This document shows positions 56,794 through 64,000 of a stretch of 64,000 nucleotides of DNA, one piece after another. The notes below the pieces were generated by a model. That model was given only the letters and a program-made list of their open reading frames with translations, was not told the DNA's origin and did no database searches. Position numbers and translations under genes: made by a program. How positions within the stretch are numbered: the stretch's first letter is position 1; every line of letters starts with the position of its first letter. This stretch comes from a virus, in IMG/VR virus record IMGVR_UViG_3300013094_000036, positions 8,149-72,148 of that record; one strand, written 5' to 3'.

Positions 56794-56886
56794 TGAAACT
56801 TAAAGTCCTGACAGGACCATTGCATTGCAGTGGGATTGTCAGGCACCAATACTAAATATTAGTAATCTTTTTGAATTGGATCAGTA

Positions 56887-57138
56887 ATGGAATTAACTGA
56901 CGGTGAAAAAATCAATGAGGAAGAGGCATCTTGGTTTATTGGATTTCCCTATCAGGTTGAAATCGATTCTGATTTGGCAGATCAGGCACGTGACTGGTTA
57001 AAAAAAATCTTCCTGACACTGGTGATGCTGATAAAGCCGGTTGGCTCTGGACATGTGGTATCAAATATCATGATATTCAAAAATTTGGATTTGTTCATGA
57101 ACAAGATGCTGCATTGTTTGGTCTGACTTGGTCTTGAC
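56887..57138 (+). pseudogene. W-rich paralog family gene frameshifted at an A8 run (57000-57007)
   Basis: The -1 frame gives NLPDTG...FGFVHEQDAALFGLTWS*. Confidence 0.7.
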
Positions 57139-57288
57139 TGATAAAAATAATTGCACTATAACTGAGATGTGGTAAGGAAAGCCAAACAGTTGACGAACAG
57201 TTTGGGAGGTTTTGATCAGACCTCAAACGGAGCATGGGCAACCCGTTCGGGCAGATACCGCACCGGCCACAACATGATCAAAAGTTTA

Positions 57289-57364
57289 GCACATGTAGCT
57301 CAATTGGGGGAGCACCGGATTGTCAATTCGGAGGCAGCGGGATCGAAACCCGTCGTGTGCGCCA
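57289..57364 (+). tRNA. tRNA-Asp(GTC)
   Basis: GCACATG/CGTGTGC-GCCA and CCGGA-TTGTCAA-TTCGG. Confidence 0.88.
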
Positions 57365-57538
57365 GAGAAACGAGGTGAGGTACACCTAGGGTACCAAGCA
57401 CCCTCGGGCAGGTACCAAGCGGCGGCAGGTGTCATGAGCTTGCTGTGGAAACTGGCGAAGTCCGCCTGCTACCAATATGATTCATGCTTAGATAGTCATT
57501 TTCACAATAAATATCTAATTATCACAAGAGAATCATGC

Positions 57539-58099
57539 ATGAGAAAATTTATAGACATTATTTCAAACGGAGTTTCTTCAACTCATAATAGAATTGAAAT
57601 GATTTTTTCCAAATCTTCGTTATTTCTGTTAGAGAGTTTTTCAAACCCCTCTGCAGAATTAAAAATTGCATATCGTGTAATTTATGAAGATCATAACGAA
57701 GGCAAAGTTTATATAGAAGCAATTGTATCAGAAACCAAAAATAATGAACCTGTAATAAAAATAGATTACACTTTAGGAGATAAAAATCTTGTTATTTCTA
57801 ATATAATATCATTTAGAGATGACAAAAGTATGTTTACCAGCAGTGGTCCACAATCTGGAGCCGCAGATATGGGTTATACCGCAATAAGCTGGTTATTCAA
57901 AAATATTCTTACCGATGCAAAAAACAGAGGTTTTGAAAATGTTAAAATATCATCGTCAACACGATACAGTGGTGCAAGAGCAAAAAACGGTCAACAAACA
58001 GCCATACATGATATTCCAATAAATTACAATGCTGGACAAAAAATAACAGAAAGATTCGTATATACTTTAGAAGATGGTATGATATTTTTAGAAAACTAA
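57539..58099 (+). CDS. hypothetical late protein
   Basis: ATAAATA upstream; MRKFIDII N-terminus; start corrected from 57320. Confidence 0.7.
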   Translation: MRKFIDIISNGVSSTHNRIEMIFSKSSLFLLESFSNPSAELKIAYRVIYEDHNEGKVYIEAIVSETKNNEPVIKIDYTLGDKNLVISNIISFRDDKSMFTSSGPQSGAADMGYTAISWLFKNILTDAKNRGFENVKISSSTRYSGARAKNGQQTAIHDIPINYNAGQKITERFVYTLEDGMIFLEN

Positions 58100-58123
58100 A
58101 CAAAGTCTAATATAACATATACA

Positions 58124-58213
58124 ACCTGTTACCATTATGGTTCATGCCCTAAGCCGTAGCCACAAAATCTTCCGACTTCGGTCATGCCGGTTCAAATCCG
58201 GCAGCGGGCACCA
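58124..58213 (+). pseudogene. degenerate tRNA-Leu-like sequence
   Basis: Intact GAC-TTCG-GTC variable arm, GCCGG-TTCAAAT-CCGGC and AGCGGGCACCA; no recognisable anticodon arm. Confidence 0.55.
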
Positions 58214-58314
58214 ATAATACCAGTTCTAGAATACCGTTGGTAAAAAAAATATAATGTCATATATTTACATATATGTTATAGATAACTATTGTCGCATGAA
58301 TATAAATATCTTTT

Positions 58315-59712
58315 ATGAGAGCCAGAGAAATTATCACAGAAACAACACTGAGTAAAGTAAGTCTAAGTAGTTGGCCAGGTTATTTGCGATATCTGATGCA
58401 TTCTGCTGATATAGCCTTGGGAGCAAATGGAGAACAAGAACAGGGTTTAGAATTAGATGCATCCAGCAAAAATAAACTGGCAAAGTTAAAGCAGAAAATT
58501 GAAGCCAGCCCAAATGACACAGTGCTGGCAAAAACTATCGCTGCAACACCTGTTAAATTTACCACAGGCAGCACTGCAACTATAAGTCAAATTTACAAAA
58601 GTCCGCAGATGAAAGGCCAAACCTTTGAGGTGAGAAGCCGTGGTTTGATTGCCGAAGCTCTTTTGGGCATTGCCATGTATGCAAAACTAATCAATCGTTC
58701 AGGAGACTTTGTACAACCAATTTCGCCATCAGATATATGGCGAATCGTTGATAACATCAAACCAACTGGTGATGATACCATCCAAGATTCTGTGCATGAT
58801 ATCAACAATCGAGTCAGCGACCATATAAATTTGGATGTTTTTCTACCTGTAGATGTGCAACAGACTCTCACTGATCACACTGTCAGATCACAACTTGCTG
58901 GCGAAGTTCTGGCTGTGGTGTCATATGTAAATGATAAACTGGCACAGCGTTATGCTGATGTTCTTTATCATAACAATCGTCCAGACAGCATTCATGTTCT
59001 GCTAAGTGGTCGGGAAGGCGGCAAGGTAGATGTGGCTATCAATGTGCTAAATGACAAAGGCGAAGCCACCAGAAAATTAGAACAGGTAAAGTTAAGTGTA
59101 AAACTAAGCAGCAGTTTGATTGGTCAAAAAGCCAGAGGAAAGAATGCTCAGCAGGTTTATGATAATCTACAAGATCTGTTTGAACCACTGGGTGTGAACT
59201 TATCCAGCAAGAAAGCAGATATCATCGCACTCTCAGAGGAAAGTGGTGTGGAAAATCAATTTGCTGATGCTGTTACACTGGCTTATCAAACTGCTTATGT
59301 TCAACTGAAAGAATTGACCACAACCCCTGAAGATGATATATCACTGGTACAAAAACTGGGTAAATTTCTGGACTATCATGCTACACAACACGATCCTGAA
59401 ATTCAAGTGATAGAACTATCCCGCGAAGGCACTTATAAAATATTAAGTTATCGCAACCTAGAAAAAGTCATACAAGATGACAAAATCAACATTGCAGTGA
59501 GAATGAATCTGGGCTCCAGTGATAAATTTCCAGGATATAGCTTTCCCAATATCACTTTTTATGACAGTAATTTGCAAGGCAAAAATAGCATCCTCATGGA
59601 AATACGCTATAGAACTCGTGGCAACTATGCCAATCATATTATTCAACCAGGACCTGTTATCAAAGAATTGGCTACATACAAGCGATATCGTAAACCCCAG
59701 GAAAAATCTTGA
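58315..59712 (+). CDS. putative virion-associated protein
   Basis: TATAAATA upstream; MRAREIITE N-terminus. Confidence 0.7.
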   Translation: MRAREIITETTLSKVSLSSWPGYLRYLMHSADIALGANGEQEQGLELDASSKNKLAKLKQKIEASPNDTVLAKTIAATPVKFTTGSTATISQIYKSPQMKGQTFEVRSRGLIAEALLGIAMYAKLINRSGDFVQPISPSDIWRIVDNIKPTGDDTIQDSVHDINNRVSDHINLDVFLPVDVQQTLTDHTVRSQLAGEVLAVVSYVNDKLAQRYADVLYHNNRPDSIHVLLSGREGGKVDVAINVLNDKGEATRKLEQVKLSVKLSSSLIGQKARGKNAQQVYDNLQDLFEPLGVNLSSKKADIIALSEESGVENQFADAVTLAYQTAYVQLKELTTTPEDDISLVQKLGKFLDYHATQHDPEIQVIELSREGTYKILSYRNLEKVIQDDKINIAVRMNLGSSDKFPGYSFPNITFYDSNLQGKNSILMEIRYRTRGNYANHIIQPGPVIKELATYKRYRKPQEKS

Positions 59713-59798
59713 TTTTCCGGGTGGATATCCCTCACATAAAAGTCTAAAAATCCAGCGAAATTTTCTGAAACCCACTGATTTATATTATAAATATCATC

Positions 59799-60260
59799 AT
59801 GTCTCCAGTAACTCTGCTAGATTATCCACTGGATCGTGATAGATTATTGGCAAGTGCCTCCTTGGCCAGAATCTCTGCAACTGCATACTCAGATTTTCGC
59901 ACTGACAAGCCCATGACTAACTGGTTAATTGCACCATACACTGATCACTATATAAAGCAAATACAAAAAGATTTGCAGGTGCAGGGAAAACCACGGTTTT
60001 ATTTTGCTGCAGCAAATTATATTGTTCCTAGACATATTGACAATGGCACTTTATGTGCAATAAATTTTATTCTCAGTGATACTGCAGCACCTGTCACTTA
60101 TGATGGCGAAAACTATCACTATACACAGGCAGTTCTTGATACTAGCCGAGCACACAGTGTAGTGAACGGTGCTGTAGAACGAATTCTTTTTAAAATTTCT
60201 CTCTTGAATGAATCTTATGAAAGTTTGGTAAATCGTATACCCTACAAAAAAATCGTCTAA
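59799..60260 (+). CDS. cupin / 2OG-Fe(II) oxygenase-like protein
   Basis: PRHID...INF...HSVVN..ER. Confidence 0.6.
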   Translation: MSPVTLLDYPLDRDRLLASASLARISATAYSDFRTDKPMTNWLIAPYTDHYIKQIQKDLQVQGKPRFYFAAANYIVPRHIDNGTLCAINFILSDTAAPVTYDGENYHYTQAVLDTSRAHSVVNGAVERILFKISLLNESYESLVNRIPYKKIV

Positions 60261-60311
60261 ATACAGCACAGTATTTGTGTGATAAACAGAAATGATCACA
60301 CAATTCTTAGA

Positions 60312-60388
60312 GCAGAAGCCATAACTCAGTGGAAGAGTGCTCCCGTCCAAGGAGAAGCGTGTGTTCGATTCACACTGGTGTTCTGCCA
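60312..60388 (+). tRNA. atypical tRNA-Gly(TCC) or pseudo-tRNA
   Basis: CTCC-CGTCCAA-GGAG (G33), GTGTG-TTCGATT-CACAC and an irregular extended acceptor stem. Confidence 0.55.
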
Positions 60389-60417
60389 AGATTTAAATTA
60401 AAAATAAATTGTATACT

Positions 60418-60492
60418 GGGTCTTTGGCTTAGAAGTAGAGCACTTGCTTGACATGCAAGAGGTGGCAGGAGCGTTACCTGCAAGACCCACCA
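60418..60492 (+). tRNA. tRNA-Val(GAC)
   Basis: GGGTCTT/AAGACCC, CTTGC-TTGACAT-GCAAG, CCA. Confidence 0.88.
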
Positions 60493-60496
60493 CCAT

Positions 60497-60675
60497 GCCC
60501 ATATGTTACAGCATATAGAGGCACAACGATTTTTTATCGTTGGGGGCTTTCTGGGACCATATGCCAGGATATCGGCTGCATGATAGCATATGCAGCAGTG
60601 AGGGTTACACTAAAGCAGCATAAATTGCTGCAGACTGACTATCACAGGGGCAGGAAAATATCCATAAGACCCATG
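60497..60675 (+). ncRNA. unknown multi-stem RNA downstream of tRNA-Val
   Basis: Several perfect stems plus a possible TGATAG/CTATCA pseudoknot. Confidence 0.5.
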
Positions 60676-60854
60676 AATTTTGTGTTTCTAAAAAGAAACA
60701 CCTTTTTATAAACTGAGAAATATAATTTTTTCCAGAAATCCTATGTATTAACTAGATATCTGAGAAATGTTGGTATCATGACAGTATTTACAATCTATAT
60801 TTTTGTTGACAATGACATCAAGAGATGATAAAAAACATCACAAGGAGATTTACA

Positions 60855-61211
60855 ATGACAGTAATCAGCGATCTTTCTCAACATGATGCCACAGACCTAC
60901 AGAAAAATCTGATCAAAATTCGCGATCTTGCAGACAGCCTTGCATCACAGGGCATTGCTGTCTCACACGAAATTTACAAACTCAGCAGAGATTCATTGGA
61001 AATTCTCACCTGGGACCAGATATCACGCGATACTTTTACAAAATTACTGGGCAATCGTGAATTTCAAGGCGTTGATATCAGTGACACAGTTGACTCATAT
61101 ATCAAAAACAATCAGATTATTATGGCTATTCGCGAACTACGACGCGATTGTGATTTAACACTAAAACAAGCCAAAGATTTGGTTGAGGCTTATCGGGATT
61201 CATTGAACTGA
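60855..61211 (+). CDS. protein with a ribosomal L7/L12 C-terminal-like motif
   Basis: IMAIRELRRDCDLTLKQAKDLVE; AAGGAG SD. Confidence 0.65.
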   Translation: MTVISDLSQHDATDLQKNLIKIRDLADSLASQGIAVSHEIYKLSRDSLEILTWDQISRDTFTKLLGNREFQGVDISDTVDSYIKNNQIIMAIRELRRDCDLTLKQAKDLVEAYRDSLN

Positions 61212-61273
61212 AAAACATAATTTTGACTGAGTAAAAAAATAAGGTTATAATCGTGTTTTAAGGGACAAAGAAT

Positions 61274-61504
61274 ATGACTGGACAATTGCGAACAACCATG
61301 CCTGTTGAGGCAGCAGATTTTCATGTTACCGGCATGACTCTGCAAGAGATTGTGGTATTTGTACAGGAATTGATAGAAACCTGGGGACCCCAGGCAACAG
61401 TCATGGAACGCTGGCATCCATTTGAAGAGGAAAGATATCTCTCTGTTATGACTAGCCAACTGGCAACTGAGCGTGAATCACAGATTACAAACCACAGTGT
61501 TTAA
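61274..61504 (+). CDS. hypothetical protein
   Basis: 76 aa ORF with SD. Confidence 0.6.
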   Translation: MTGQLRTTMPVEAADFHVTGMTLQEIVVFVQELIETWGPQATVMERWHPFEEERYLSVMTSQLATERESQITNHSV

Positions 61505-61543
61505 TCAGATAAAACTTCACTGCTTTTTAGAAATTAACTTTTC

Positions 61544-61711
61544 ATGATTCACAGTGTGTGTTTGAATTATATTCCCTGGGATTGTTCTGTGCAACAATGG
61601 TGCAGAGAAAATATTGGAGAATGGGGAGATAGTTGGCTGTATCATGGAGCAGGAGAATTTGTTTTTTTACATGCAGAAGATGCTGTGTTGTTTCAGTTGA
61701 CATGGGCATAA
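61544..61711 (+). CDS. small W-rich paralog family protein, 55 aa (not in the ORF track)
   Basis: QWCRENIG...FVFLHAEDAVLFQLTWA. Confidence 0.7.
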   Translation: MIHSVCLNYIPWDCSVQQWCRENIGEWGDSWLYHGAGEFVFLHAEDAVLFQLTWA

Positions 61712-61762
61712 AAAGTGTTGGACTGTGAGAAAGTTTCTCACAGCCAACGATATTGATATTAA

Positions 61763-62242
61763 TTACAAGGCAGGATTTCTGGGTCTTGGTGGGCGAGCAG
61801 AACCACTAAAGGTGGCAGGATAAAACACCACTGTGGCTCGATCTTGTGTGATTGCTGACTTGGCTACCAGTGTTTCCACAAAAGTTTTGTAGTCGCTGTC
61901 TGTAACGGTCACTGAACCTGCTGTTATCTTGTCCAATCGAAATTCCAAACTGGCATCTCCTGCTGCCAGAGCAGTTTGTGCTGTGGTTTTGATTGCAGTA
62001 TATTCTGCCAGTGTCAGGGCATTGATAATATCTGTGCCAGATTTTGTAACTGGGTTGTTGGCTAGCCATTGTGTGGCTGCTGCAGTATCTACCTGCCAGC
62101 CAGAACCTGCAACCAGTTGTGCTGGAAATGCTGATCTGTTATTTACAGTTCTGGGTTGTGTTGCCAGTGACAGCAAATAATTAAATGGTATTTCTGTGTT
62201 CTTGGCAAAATCTGCCAGTGATTGAGTTGTTGTAGTTGACAT
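61763..62242 (-). CDS. fibre-associated protein, paralog of 44051-44509
   Basis: Shared motifs and the same position after a fibre gene; AGGAG SD. Confidence 0.7.
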   Translation of the reverse strand: MSTTTTQSLADFAKNTEIPFNYLLSLATQPRTVNNRSAFPAQLVAGSGWQVDTAAATQWLANNPVTKSGTDIINALTLAEYTAIKTTAQTALAAGDASLEFRLDKITAGSVTVTDSDYKTFVETLVAKSAITQDRATVVFYPATFSGSARPPRPRNPAL

Positions 62243-62258
62243 ATTTTTACTCCTGTTG

Positions 62259-63569
62259 TTAATTGGTTGTTACTGTGCAGCCTCTGTTTTGCAGTGTTGT
62301 CTTGGCTGCTAGTCCTGTGGCACTGGGTGCATAACTTGTACCTGTGATTGTCACTGTGTGATTTTCATACAGTGTTGTGCCGTTTGTGCCATCTAGTGCT
62401 GCCAGTGCAACCAGTAAATTATCCACTGATGTCTGATCAAATGCCACGCCAGTCAATGCCACATCTCCACCAAGATGTTTCAGTGAATTGCCAATGTTGA
62501 ATGTGGCCCAGGGTTGACTAATTCCATAATCTGAAATTACACCACCAATGGATTCTATTGCAGGAATATTTACTGTGACCTGTGCATTATCATTGGGTCC
62601 AAAATCGCCACCAACAGTGGTCAATGCAGGCAGATTAATTGTTGTCAGTGCATTGTTGGCAAAGGGGATAAACGTGCCACCAATTGTAGTCAATTCAGGC
62701 ATTGAAATTTCTGTAAGTGAATTGTTTTGAAAAATAATTACAGTCCCGCCAATTGTGGTTAATTTAGGAACATTTATGGTTGTAAGTGAGGTATTGTTGG
62801 CTGGCTTAAATTCACCACCTATTGTAATCAATTCAGGTAAATCAATTTCTGTAAGTTCAGGATTGCCACCAATACCATAACCAATATAACTTCCACCAAT
62901 AGATCTCAATACAGGCGTTGAAATTGTTGTAAGTGAATTGTTGTTATTTGGTCCGAAGTCACCACCAACAGTTGTCAGTGCAGGTGCAGAAATTGTCGTG
63001 AGTGAATTATTGCCGTTGGGATCAAAATCACCACCTACTGAGGTCAATGCAGGTAATGAAATTGCTGTTAGTAAGGAGTTATGGTTTGGATATAAACTTC
63101 CACTAACTGATATCAATCTTGATAAGTCCATGGATACCAGAGCAGGACTGTTATTTGGCGTGAAATTACCAGAAATCAATAATACCTCTGGAAAATTTAA
63201 AGTTTCTATCGCTATACCAGATGTATTGACACTGGTAACAATCAAAGTTAGATCTGGAAAACCAATTGCTGTAACAGAGTCAGGTATGTTGCTGGGAAAA
63301 TAGTCAAGTGCCCACTGTGCACTTTGATTGTTTAATGTAATTAATTGAAACTGAAAATGAAATGAACTAGGGCTGGTACCTGAGATAATAACCTGAGGTG
63401 CTGGCGGAGATGAGGTATTACTACCCAGGGGTATAACAGTACCAGGGTTAGCACTAACCAACCAAAGCGAAAGGTCTTGTTCATCTACTAACAAAGTTCC
63501 TGCGGGCTTTTCCTGTGCTAAACTGGCAACTGTTGCAGCAATATATTTTGCATCTAATTCATAACTCAT
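62259..63569 (-). CDS. 23-aa solenoid-repeat fibre-like protein
   Basis: Same repeats as 39868-44037 and a nearly identical C-terminal cap (...RGCTVTTN). Confidence 0.8.
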   Translation of the reverse strand: MSYELDAKYIAATVASLAQEKPAGTLLVDEQDLSLWLVSANPGTVIPLGSNTSSPPAPQVIISGTSPSSFHFQFQLITLNNQSAQWALDYFPSNIPDSVTAIGFPDLTLIVTSVNTSGIAIETLNFPEVLLISGNFTPNNSPALVSMDLSRLISVSGSLYPNHNSLLTAISLPALTSVGGDFDPNGNNSLTTISAPALTTVGGDFGPNNNNSLTTISTPVLRSIGGSYIGYGIGGNPELTEIDLPELITIGGEFKPANNTSLTTINVPKLTTIGGTVIIFQNNSLTEISMPELTTIGGTFIPFANNALTTINLPALTTVGGDFGPNDNAQVTVNIPAIESIGGVISDYGISQPWATFNIGNSLKHLGGDVALTGVAFDQTSVDNLLVALAALDGTNGTTLYENHTVTITGTSYAPSATGLAAKTTLQNRGCTVTTN

Positions 63570-63579
63570 TTTGTGTTCC

Positions 63580-64000
63580 TCAATTTGTTGTTACTGTGCA
63601 GCCTCTGTTTTGCAGTGTTGTCTTGGCTGCTAGTCCTGTTGCACTGGGTGCGGCAGCGGGACCTGTAATGGTAACTGTGTGATTTTCATAGAGTGTCGTT
63701 CCTCCTGTTCCATCTAGATTGGCCAGTGCTATCAGCAAGTTATCCACTGATGTTTGATTCAGTGCACTTAAGGTAAATGACACATCTCCTCCCACCTGTA
63801 ATAAATTTGTTCCCAGGTTTAATGTATGGAAATTGTTGGCATTGCCAAGTCCTTCGTCGTAATCATATATGCCACCAGTGACAGTTTGTAAAGCAGGAAA
63901 AAGGGCCAGTTCCAAGGCAGGACAGCCATCATTGATATACATGTCATTTCCAACTGTGGTTAATGCAGGAAAATTCATGGTTGTAAGGCTAGGCATATCA
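63580..64000 (-). CDS. third solenoid-repeat fibre-like protein, 5'-partial
   Basis: Same C-terminal cap; frame is open to the window edge. Confidence 0.8.
   Translation of the reverse strand, partial: DMPSLTTMNFPALTTVGNDMYINDGCPALELALFPALQTVTGGIYDYDEGLGNANNFHTLNLGTNLLQVGGDVSFTLSALNQTSVDNLLIALANLDGTGGTTLYENHTVTITGPAAAPSATGLAAKTTLQNRGCTVTTN

Noticed and set aside
53276-57474. Short ORFs over the tRNA region (53276, the 53650 N-terminus, 54527, 55695, 56363, 56637, 57169 and the 57320 N-terminus)
   Set aside because: They overlap tRNA or tRNA-like genes; real starts are reassigned to 53752 and 57539
60448-60711. 87-aa ORF
   Set aside because: It starts with TTG inside the tRNA-Val anticodon loop; the region is better explained as structured RNA

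Overview
This window is part of a large, AT-rich T4-like (jumbo) bacteriophage genome in the standard genetic code. The host is most likely an alphaproteobacterium, judging from the two-piece permuted tmRNA, alpha-type Prs, ROSE-like hsp20 leader and PhaR-like box. It holds a GC-richer early-gene island with seven near-identical sigma70 promoters, type II topoisomerase subunits and a translation/proteostasis set (tmRNA, TilS, IF3, bS21, ClpX, ClpS, Hsp20, split Thg1, TrmH). It also holds a CsgF-CsgG-curlin-FecR-CHASE2 cyclase cassette, auxiliary genes (Prs, P-II, peroxiredoxin, glycosyltransferases), free-standing homing endonucleases, three paralogous repeat-rich fibre genes and a tRNA region at about 51.8-60.5 kb. 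The strongest candidates for undescribed biology are non-coding. (1) An array of small RNAs sharing a stem-CAGCAA-hairpin-stem architecture, several showing anticodon-like 7-nt loops, lies beside a DUF2828/TROVE-like vWA gene whose own leader carries the same ACAGCAA motif. (2) A 25-codon, codon-diverse leader peptide with a mutually exclusive antiterminator/terminator sits in front of the tRNA cluster and looks like a general translation-stress attenuator. (3) Several tRNA-bodied RNAs have structured inserts or rearranged arms. All calls were made by eye from sequence and motifs; no database searches or folding programs were run. Several abrupt junctions and two A8 frameshifts may be assembly or sequencing artefacts.
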